Below the pieces are notes generated by a model that worked only from the letters and a program-made list of their open reading frames with translations, was not told the DNA's origin and ran no database searches. A program made the position numbers and the translations under genes. Positions 54,004-64,000 of a DNA stretch of 64,000 nucleotides are shown here, in pieces. The stretch spans positions 4,216,001 to 4,280,000 of the forward strand of contig OX597828.1 in NCBI GenBank assembly GCA_951406725.2, given 5' to 3'. Each line of letters opens with the position of its first letter. Position 1 is the stretch's first letter. The DNA is from Octopus vulgaris (lineage: Eukaryota).

Positions 54004-56942
54004 ACATCAGAGGACTGCAAACACTCAGTAACAGGACAAAAATCCCGTTCCTGAGAGACTTTGTTGCATGCAATCAAGCCTTATGCATAGCACTTACGGA
54101 AACGCACCTGAAACCGGACATAGCAGATGCGGAGTTACACATACCACAGTATGCTGTACTACGGACCGACAGGAAAGAAAGGAGTCATGGAGGTGTTGCT
54201 ATGTACATCCGTGAGGACCTCACACCCCAGGTCCTCTTGTCATACTCAAACTCGGTGTGTGACGCACTAATTGTACATATTAGGCAACTTGATGTAGTTG
54301 TGTGTGCTACATATCGCCCTCCAGATGCCCCAAGCCATGTGGGCAAGTTTGAAGACTGCCTTATAAAAATAGAAGAAGTTCTAACCACATTAGAACAACA
54401 CATAAGTGTACTTCTTATGGGAGACTTCAATCTGCCCAATGTCAGATGGCCCGAGGGCCTTTCTCTCCCAGGTATGACAAGATGTGAACGAGGACAGGCG
54501 AGGTCCCTCCTGAACCTCATCAACACCCTGTACATGGAGCAGGTAATACTCCAACCAACCAGGGCAGGTAACACACTGGATCTCTGCTTCACAAATGACA
54601 TGGATCTCATCCATAATGTGAAAGTGACACCGACACTACTCTCGGATCACAACATGATAGAGCTGACCATGTACGGGCCAAAAGAGAGCACGGACATGCA
54701 GCCTACAAGAAACCCTCAGAATCTTTCCAGCTTGAACTACCATAAGGCAAACTGGAAACAAATTGAGAAAGAGATCCTCAAACAAAACTGGCCTAAATGT
54801 CTCTCCTCGCCAGACATCGACGTGAAACTTCAACAATTCATGTCTGTAATGCAAGCCATATGCTACAAATGTGTCCCAGAGAGAAAGGCCACTGTACACA
54901 AGAACAAAATCCCCAGAGAGAGGAAAATTTTAATGAGACGGCGTACAAAATTTTCAAATCGCCTAAACAAACAGATTGAAAGCAGTGAAAAGTCCCGCCT
55001 AAAAATAAAACTGTTGGAAATTGAAAAATGTCTGCAACTCTCCCATGAAAAAGAAAGAGCAGACAAAGAAGCCTGGGCTATAGACAACATAAAATCTAAC
55101 CCCAGAGCTTTCTACAGGTATGCCAAAGAAACAGCTACGGTGCACTGTAGAATAGGGCCATTCCTCGAAAAGGATGGCACACTTACAGGAAAACCAATGA
55201 GGGTAAGTGAAATACTGAATGAGCAATTCAAGAGTGTTTTCACTCCACCCCTTGGGCATCTCCAAATCACCAATCCAACTGACTTTTTTACCACTGCAGA
55301 TATAAAATCAGAGGCGGCGACGATAGATTACATCGATATAAAGGAAGACGATGTAATCAAGGCTATAGATGAAATGAAAACAGACTCAGCTACTGGCCCC
55401 GATGGATTCCCGGCAATCCTCCTAAAAGCATGTAAGAGAGTCCTAGTAAGACCACTGCAGTTCCTCTTTCAGAGCTTCCTTGCAGCTGGCAAACTTCCAA
55501 GAAAACTGAAGGAAGGTAAAATATGCCCCATTCATAAAGGAGGTAGCAGAGCGGAAGCCAAGAACTATAGACCTATCTCTCTGACCTCACACATCAGCAA
55601 GGTCATGGAACGAATAGTCAGAAGGAAGCTGATCACCTTCCTTGAAGAGAATGACTTGCTGCCCGACACCCAACATGGTTTCCGACCAGGGAGAAGCTGT
55701 TTAACTCAGCTCCTACAGCACTATGACTGGGTGCTGAGACGGCTGCTCAACCACTCAAATGTGGAAGTGATATATCTCGACTTTGCAAAGGCCTTTGATA
55801 AAGTCGATCATGGAATGATATGTCACAAACTGCGTGATCTCAACATAGTTGGAAAACTGGGAGAATGGCTTCATGACTTTCTGAAAGATAGAAGTCAGGT
55901 GGTAGATAGAAGTCAGGTTAACATGCAAATAGTGAGCGGTGTTCCGCAGGGCACTGTTCTGGGACCACTACTGTTCATAATGGTCCTCTCAGACATGCCC
56001 TCAGCCACGCAGAGAGCCACGATCACAAGTTATGCAGATGATACAAAAGTTTCACAGGCAATACAGAACCCTGAGGACACTAAACACCTACAATGTGAGC
56101 TGGACAAAATATACAAGTGGGCCGAAAAGAATAACATGCAGTTCAATGCTGAAAAGTTTCAAGCTCTATACTATCAGCATGCAAAACTGAATGCAATACC
56201 CAATGAATACACTGGACCCGGAGGAATAGCAATCCCAGAAGCACAATCAGTGCGTGACCTAGGTATTTACATGAGTGATGACGTGACCTTTCGTGTACAT
56301 GTTGCTAAATTGGCAATGAAATGTAGACGACTGGCCGGATGGATCCTCAGAACCTTTAGAACAAGAGAACAAGAAACCATGATGGTCCTCTGGAGGACAC
56401 TTGTCCTAAGCCACTTTGACTACTGCTCTCAGTTATGGTCACCATCCAGTGTCAAGTTGATCACAGAGCTCGAGGCGATCCAACGTAGCTACACGAAGAA
56501 GATAGCCTCTATGCAGAATGTAAGCTACTGGGAAAGACTCAAGAGATTAAAACTATATTCCCTGGAGCGTAGGCGGGAAAGATATGCCATAATATACATC
56601 TGGAAGATCCTGGAGGGACGTGTCCTGAACTTTGGCATCGAGAGTTACGCAAATGCCAGAACTGGGCGCCACTGCGTGGTGCCTAGGACTCCAAACTTGC
56701 TATCAAGATGTAGGACAAGATTCTGTGATAGCCTGGACTTCCAAGGCCCACAGCTCTTCAATATCCTCCCGAAGAACCTGAGAGACCTGCATGGGGTGGA
56801 TGCAGATGTCTTTAAAATGAAGCTGGATCTCTTCCTGTCAGGTGTCCCAGATGAACCAACTTCACGGCAGGAGGAGCAGATGAGGGCAGCTGCATCGAAC
56901 TCTCTCATGCACCAAATGGCAGTTGCTAGAAAGCTTTCGTGA
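53955..56942 (+). CDS. LINE ORF2: apurinic endonuclease + reverse transcriptase
   Basis: Uninterrupted frame (open from 53832, first ATG 53955). NIRGL, LTETHL, YRPP, GDFN, SDH, QHGFRPGRSC, YLDFAKAFDKV, GVPQGTVLGP, YADD, LERRRER. Confidence 0.95.
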   Translation: MDTAGNNVHLTSMLLLNIRGLQTLSNRTKIPFLRDFVACNQALCIALTETHLKPDIADAELHIPQYAVLRTDRKERSHGGVAMYIREDLTPQVLLSYSNSVCDALIVHIRQLDVVVCATYRPPDAPSHVGKFEDCLIKIEEVLTTLEQHISVLLMGDFNLPNVRWPEGLSLPGMTRCERGQARSLLNLINTLYMEQVILQPTRAGNTLDLCFTNDMDLIHNVKVTPTLLSDHNMIELTMYGPKESTDMQPTRNPQNLSSLNYHKANWKQIEKEILKQNWPKCLSSPDIDVKLQQFMSVMQAICYKCVPERKATVHKNKIPRERKILMRRRTKFSNRLNKQIESSEKSRLKIKLLEIEKCLQLSHEKERADKEAWAIDNIKSNPRAFYRYAKETATVHCRIGPFLEKDGTLTGKPMRVSEILNEQFKSVFTPPLGHLQITNPTDFFTTADIKSEAATIDYIDIKEDDVIKAIDEMKTDSATGPDGFPAILLKACKRVLVRPLQFLFQSFLAAGKLPRKLKEGKICPIHKGGSRAEAKNYRPISLTSHISKVMERIVRRKLITFLEENDLLPDTQHGFRPGRSCLTQLLQHYDWVLRRLLNHSNVEVIYLDFAKAFDKVDHGMICHKLRDLNIVGKLGEWLHDFLKDRSQVVDRSQVNMQIVSGVPQGTVLGPLLFIMVLSDMPSATQRATITSYADDTKVSQAIQNPEDTKHLQCELDKIYKWAEKNNMQFNAEKFQALYYQHAKLNAIPNEYTGPGGIAIPEAQSVRDLGIYMSDDVTFRVHVAKLAMKCRRLAGWILRTFRTREQETMMVLWRTLVLSHFDYCSQLWSPSSVKLITELEAIQRSYTKKIASMQNVSYWERLKRLKLYSLERRRERYAIIYIWKILEGRVLNFGIESYANARTGRHCVVPRTPNLLSRCRTRFCDSLDFQGPQLFNILPKNLRDLHGVDADVFKMKLDLFLSGVPDEPTSRQEEQMRAAASNSLMHQMAVARKLS

Positions 56943-57030
56943 AGTGAAACCAAGTAGCAACACCAAATGGCGGTGCCCCAGCATGGCCACAGCTCATGGG
57001 CTGAAACTAGAATCAATCAATCAATCAATC

Positions 57031-57865
57031 ATAGAACTTTGAGAATGCTGGTCCCAAAATTTCTTCCTCTGCGTTAATGTTTTGTTTTTTTTCTGTGTGG
57101 CGAAGAATATTACGTTTGATGCGTGCTCCTAATCAGCACAATGTTTGCGGTGTGTGGATTTGTTTGGTATTGTCGTGCTTGTGTGTGTCTGGTTATGTTG
57201 CATCTGATTTGTTTCTTCTTTTGCTTTGTTGGTTGTGTTGGTTAATGCTGATTTTCGGACTTTTTTATGGAGTTGTCTAGGACTCTGTAGATGCTGTGAG
57301 TGTGGGTTACTGATGCTGTCCGTTACTATTTGGTACATTTAGAGAGGGATCACCTAAATTTATATAGTGTTCATTTAATTTTCTTAGTTGATTTTCTCCT
57401 CGCAAAATTAAGCCTTCCCCATCGGAAAGATGCGGCTAGAGATGAAGTTCAGTTTTGTGAGTCCATGTGTGTGCTTGTATAGTGGAGTAAAGAAGGTAAA
57501 AATGTAAGAATTATAAAGGAGATTTTAGTAGGTGAAGGGGTAGTGGCGTTCTTGTTCCGGTTAATCTTGATGTCGCTTACGTAGTTGTTTTTACAGTTAC
57601 AGCAGAAATCCTTCGTATTGCTACTGTTGTTCATGTTGGGGTCGCTGCTGGTATTTTTGTTCTCTTCATTGCTGCAACTACTGCTACTACTCTACACTAC
57701 TGTACACTGTTTGGGGACTAACATACTGTACACTGCTTGGGAGGTATGGGATACCCTCACTTCCCTGTTTTCTGTGGGGGATAGAAAGGCCTTTACTGAT
57801 TTTCACCAACACACCAGTGGTATTTTGTCCTTCTACTGTAATCCGCAACGCAAAGCTCTGGCGTG
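57031..57865 (-). mobile_element. Possible 5' (ORF1) part of the L1/Tx1 relic, separated from it by the CR1 insertion
   Basis: Minus strand is N/T/K-rich and contains LRITVEG. Shares a 24-mer with 52315-52338. Weak evidence. Confidence 0.3.
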
Positions 57866-59049
57866 ATGTATGTATGTATGTATGTATGTATGTATGTATG
57901 TATGTATGTATGTATGCATGTGTGTATATGTGGGAACATGTTTCCGTGTTCATTTACGTGTTAATCTGATGCGATATGGAAGACATCAAAATATCGAATT
58001 ATCATTTTCGTATAGATTTGTCTCAAGTATTTGCAATTGATTCGTTTCCGTGAAAGGTATTTAATTGTGTGGTATTGGTGCATAAAACTGAATATTGGAT
58101 AAATTGTTTCACCCTGGAAATTTGAAGTGGAACTGGTTTTCGTACAATTACTTCCAAATCATTGCCAGTTTCTTTGATTTGCTTTAGTTGATGGAATAGC
58201 AAAAGACATTCCCTTAAGGTTTCATGCTGTGGGAATAAAACTGCAATCACGATTTTTAGGTAAAAATGTTTATTCAGTTACTTGTTGAGGAATATATGTT
58301 ATAGATATTCATGTATGTTAATGAATTTGTGAGAAATTGTGTAGGAGTGGTCTGCATTTATATAAATACATGCAAATATTATTAATAGAATATTCAAATA
58401 TGAGAGTATGTTATACGATTCTAGGATAAATGACACGAGGCTAGTCACTGAGCTGAATTTTATTTCAGTTTATGAAAGAATAATTTTAATGACTTGATAT
58501 CCGCCACAGTAGACGAAGCAATAACATCTTGAAATAGCTTTATTGCCGTCAGTTCAGCTGTCTCTTGTAATATTATAGGACGCTACCATTTTCATTTAAT
58601 CTTCAAAAGTTACAAGGCCATGAGGTAACCAATAAAAATGTGTGGAGAGAATTAGTAGAAAGGGGCATAATTGACAGCATATATAATATAGGATTAATAA
58701 CAAAAGGTTAGTCAACGGGGTTACATCAACGTGTTTAAGAAGCCTAAATACATTATGTTTCCTAGCAAAGCTAGCAAGCTAGCCAGAACATTTCAAGGTA
58801 TTCTCCTTGTAGGCTAAACATCATATATAGGACCGATAATATATAAACTCTGGCTCAGCTGGTTAGTTTATTATATTTTATTTAAAGTCAAAATCAAATT
58901 TAAGACAAGCATGTTTATTATGGAAGTCCCTAATACATAAGTTTCGGGCTTTTATAACTACCAATAAATATAAGACATAAAAATTATGCAGCTTAATAAA
59001 GCTTAGTATGTTTGTTTTTTGGGGTTTTTTTCAGGCTAAATAAAATCAG

Positions 59050-60175
59050 ATTTATAAATTAGATAATGATTATAGACTGAAATACAATCATAGCACTCCA
59101 CAAAAGAAGTTAAGTAATATAGCTATATTAAAAATGCCTCAAATTAACCGAACAACAGTCTGGAAAATTCCTTAGAATTTTCAAAAGACTGGTTCCACCA
59201 CTGACCGACCGAGACGTGGTCGAAAACGAGGTGTGCGAACCTCTCAGTTTATCAAATGTACTAGAGATAGGACACGGCGAAATCCGCATCGTACCGCCAG
59301 AAAACTGGCTTCCACAAGAACAATAAGCTGAACATCTACGTATCGGGGATATCAGGGCCAACTCCTACAAGATGATCCGCTGTCATGAGTTCATGCGAGT
59401 TTATAAGGCCATGAGAATGGAGAGAATTCGTCTTCTCTTGCGTCAGATCCCTGAAGGCACGCTTACTAATGAAAAGAAACTTGATATCAATCAGACAGTA
59501 AACCACTAGAATGACCGACTTTGGGGTGTATCTGGCTCCGTCGAGGGTAGACTCGTAAGTAACCGTCCAAATTCACACTCAGTTATGGTTTGGGCGGTTA
59601 TGGCAGGCACTGGAAGGTCAGTCCTTGTTTTTGTGCCCTCGGGTGTTAAAATTAACATCCAGCGATACATTGGCGGCGTTCTCGAAGCTGAACTGCTTCC
59701 ACAGGCGAATGAACATTATTTTAAAGTGCATCTTGGAGCCTCCAACAGGACTCAGCACCATCCCTCAGCTCCAAACACAAACAACACTAGATTCAGAAAA
59801 ACATACCATCGTTCATAAGCAACGATATGTGGCTTACATGAAGTCCCAATCCCAACCCGTTGGATTTTTCTGTTTGGTCCATTTTGGAGACGAGCATCTC
59901 GATCACTTCTCATGTTTCGCGCAACACTTTGAAGGCAAAATTGTGCCAGGAATTGGCTTCGATTCCACAAAAGGAGCTGCTTCTCTTGTGGGAAGCATTC
60001 CCACCTAAACGTAAGGCTGTGATTCGAAAGAGAGTAAGTCGTACCGAATGTATGTGGTAGTGTCATAATAGTATTGCCTTTACTATGGCAGCGCAACGCT
60101 CGGACCCGAAATATACCAATATTTTGCATTGGCAAAATTGAAAGAAGTTGGTTGCTGTAATTTTAGGACACCCTG
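59050..60175 (+). mobile_element. Degenerate Tc1/mariner-superfamily element (maT/DD37D-like)
   Basis: VMVWAVMAGTGRSVLVFVPSGVKIN...Y and SPNPNPLDFSVWSILE. Right TIR-like end ttttaggacaccctg-TA at 60161-60177. Left TIR not found. Confidence 0.75.
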
Positions 60176-61410
60176 TACATGTATGCACAATATTCGCAAA
60201 CATACACACATGTATGCAAGTGTAAGTGCGCACGCGCGGCGAAATTAATTTTTTAAAAAGATAAGCAAATCCAGAGTCTCTTTCCAACGCATTGCATAAG
60301 AATAAAGCTATAAAGTTAGGAAACTATATACAGGACCTGAAAGCCAACTGCACACCAAACACTGTTAATTGGAGTATTGGAGAGCGATCCACACCGGATC
60401 AAGGAGATGCAGGCGGTGTATAGCCGAAGTATCTCATATCCATTTTCGATCCGGAACACAAGTGACCTATTACATTCCAGACCTGAAAGTTTATTTAATA
60501 TAAACATATGGACATATTTTTGAAAAAAGAATTCTATCTGAGTTAAGTATGCAGTATCATAAACTTTGGCATCCGCCTCGTTGAATTTTCGACTGCAAAT
60601 TTAATCCTGATTCGAACAACTCTTCCTTTGCCTCCAAATTTCCCTGCTTACCATTCCATTGTTATTCGTTGGGCTTTTTCTCATTCCACCTTTCACATTT
60701 ACCTTCCATTGATCCCGTGTGCTTTTTATTTTCCCTCGCATAGGAGCAGTCAAGATGTGCATTGGACTGTGAAGGATATATATATATATATATATATCCT
60801 TTAAGTTCGTTTACGGGAAACGTTTTTGATATGCATATAAAGGCCCCTACTTTATTACGCCCGTCTACAGTCTAATGATACCAACTGGCATCGATCCGTT
60901 GATTACCATATACATATATATATACATAGCTGATGAAACGTAACGGAAAGGAACGTGCGTCGTACTCCCAATGATGTCATTCATAGCTCAATGATGTATT
61001 CTCATGTATATATTGTCTACCAGGGGAATAGTATCTCGCAAATATTTTCCCACGTCTAACAAATTTTCAAATTTTCAATGTCTTTATGTACACATCAATA
61101 CTTCATTTAACGCCGTTTCGTATATATGTAGAATACGAAAATACATACACATTCTAGAGATATACGAACATACACACACACTTATACAAATGGACGAACA
61201 TACACACACACACACACACACACATATACAATGTACGATGCCTGATGAACAAGAGCAAACCGAAACTTCGAAAACACAATCAACCTATTCTTTGTACAAG
61301 TTTAATAATCATGTACTCTTCTAAAATATAAAGTAACCCTCCAGTTTAATGGTAATTTTATATATATGTAACTTGATATAAAATTAAAGATACGTATGTA
61401 TGTATGTATG

Positions 61411-61441
<31 letters not shown>

Positions 61442-61474
61442 GTATGTATGTGTGTATGTATGTATGTATGTATG

Positions 61475-61556
<82 letters not shown>

Positions 61557-61722
61557 AAGAAATATTGACAGATAGCTATAGATATATATACCTAGATATA
61601 TTTTTATACACATACACATTGAAGCATAAAAAATCGCACGTATATGTGTGTGAGTATAAATAAATCTCTTTTAAGAGAGAGTTATATGCATCAATTATTA
61701 TACATGTAAACATATTACGAAC

Positions 61723-61763
<41 letters not shown>

Positions 61764-61807
61764 TATATATATACATACATAAATACATACATACATACAT
61801 ACATACA

Positions 61808-61871
<64 letters not shown>

Positions 61872-62475
61872 GAGTGTGTGTGTGTGTGTGTGTTTATATA
61901 ATATCTCTTAGTGTATATAAATTGCTCTAAAATTAATGGTTATTGAGATGGTCACCAGGTCGCATTTACAGTCTGTTTGGTCGTTACAATATATAGCCAA
62001 GTATTTCCTTGAATAATACACCTAAGATTTAATGATACAATATCACAGAATTTACACTCGATCCGGTGTCTTCATAAATTCCATTTATTTTACATAATAA
62101 AGACAAGTCGTTTTAATTTAGGAAACACATGGGAACAAATCTATTCTCGGTATAAGTACTTCACAAAACTAGATCTGTATGTATAATACCTCCAGCTAAC
62201 TAGTGTCTTAATCAATAAAACTCGTCTCGGAACATTAGATTTGCTGGAAATATTGACACTAAGTGAAGTTGACTCTCATAAATATGTCTTGTAATTTGTG
62301 CCGTTCACGCTAATGCATTTCTTCGATTTTAATATTATATATTATATTCGAATTTTCAATGGTCGAAATTAAAAATGTACGCTTTCCTTTCTATGCGGAC
62401 ACACGTTACGTAATGTGTGTAATACGTGAAATAACAATAGAAGACATCAATATATGTATCAGTACTTCAATCCCC

Positions 62476-62912
<437 letters not shown>

Positions 62913-62914
<2 letters not shown>

Positions 62915-63470
62915 GTGCCCTGATGCAGTACCAGGCAGTGGCTCTCATGGCTTCTGATCTTAACTCATTGGAAGTGTTATCATCTACATTGTTTTGTCTT
63001 GGTATAAAAGATGGGCTACAGCAAATATTCTGCTCAATACCATAGATTTGCTTGTCAGTTGTTTGACTTTAACCAGTTGAGCATGTCCCTTAGTGGCTGA
63101 CGATATGTGCATCTCTGATCATGAGCAGAAGTAGTGGGGGAGCATCATAGCCATGTGTTGAGAGGGATTCTTTGGGGTTTGAATAAATCACCTCTGGAAA
63201 CATGGGTGTTTCGTTCAACATCCTTAAACAACCCTTATTCAGGGACCTTTCGAGTGGGATGGGTTACTCGACCTGAAGAAAATTCTAAGTGGGCCCCACC
63301 TGCAAGGTCATGCGCTGTTTATTTTGATATGAGATCACCATGTCGCGCACATATGGTTGTGATGCATGTGCCTAGTGTACCCTTATCAGACGGGTAGTCA
63401 TGATGGGTATACTGGGCTTCGTATATTTTACCCCAGTGTCACTTTGATGGCATGCACTGCTCTCTCACTC
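62913..63470 (+). mobile_element. ~560-bp non-coding element bounded by (AAT)n on both sides
   Basis: Sharp compositional boundaries, starts gtgccctgatgcag, ends ctctctcactc-(AAT)n. No convincing ORF. Confidence 0.5.
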
Positions 63471-63499
63471 AATAATAATAATAATATTAATAATAGATG

Positions 63500-64000
63500 A
63501 GGGATCTAGGTCCAACCTGTAGATTATAATGATGAAGCTGTGTGGCTGCAGGAAATCCAAGATAGGTTAAGTAGTACAGAGGTACAAGAAAGCATGAAGA
63601 TAACTATAGAAATGACAAAAAAGCAGTTAAGATATTAATATTCTGGAAAACCCGTGGTAGTATACAATTTCAACATCATCAGTTAGAATTTGAATAACAT
63701 CAAGGGAATTGTTACCAAGAGTAGAAAGATGATGACCATAAAAAAGAATGCGCCAGCAGAAAGTAGATACCAACAGGCAGTTCCTACCAAAAGCTTTCGG
63801 AAGGTGATTCCAAGTTCAACTCGAACTGAACTTCAAGGCTCTCACTATTAGGTTGGATGTATAAATGACAAGAATAGAAAACCCAGTATTCTGTAATGTT
63901 AAACGTCAGATGTACTCCATCAACAAAGAAGCGGGACATTTCAAGGAAACGTTTCCTATACAAGAATTACCATTAATAGAAACTTCGTGACGAATGCCAA
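63500..64000 (+). mobile_element. R4/Dong-like relic
   Basis: WLQEIQDRL...QESMKITIEMTKKQLR and KVDTNRQFLPKAFGR (cf. KAD..RLYLPR..GGRG). Confidence 0.55.

Larger units (their letters stand above)
52600..57030 (+). mobile_element. Near-intact CR1-group LINE (5' boundary uncertain)
   Basis: ORF1 + ORF2, short 3' UTR with stem-loop, (AATC)n tail at 57011-57030. No adjacent TSD identified. Confidence 0.9.

Noticed and set aside
54185-55294. Antisense ORFs within LINE ORF2
   Set aside because: Shadow frames of a long coding sequence.
60928-60952. CTGATGA...GAAA motifs here and at 61242-61266
   Set aside because: Stems I and II are not convincingly paired and there is no second copy to support a consensus.

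Overview
AT-rich, microsatellite-dense eukaryotic DNA with no host protein-coding exon that I can support. The SINE families and (TA)n/(TATC)n/(TACA)n/(AAT)n load suggest an octopus or other coleoid cephalopod (inference). Almost all ORFs in the track are microsatellite translations. The window is a transposon landscape: a near-intact CR1-group LINE (ORF1 with a CCCH finger, ORF2 APE+RT, 53.4-57.0 kb), a full-length but frameshifted mariner, mariner and maT relics, a non-autonomous Helitron, R4/Dong, RTE and L1/Tx1 relics, and two tRNA-SINE families. The most striking signal is a set of Penelope-like element (PLE) pieces carrying minimal hammerhead-ribozyme motifs and tail-out inverted duplications. 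One of these is a composite non-coding element, tRNA (Pol III) head + (AAT)n + hammerhead-bearing PLE-type tail. It has inserted twice as an inverted dimer, each time bounded by a ~10-bp target-site duplication. Family assignments come from motif recognition by eye, with no database searches, and relic boundaries are approximate.
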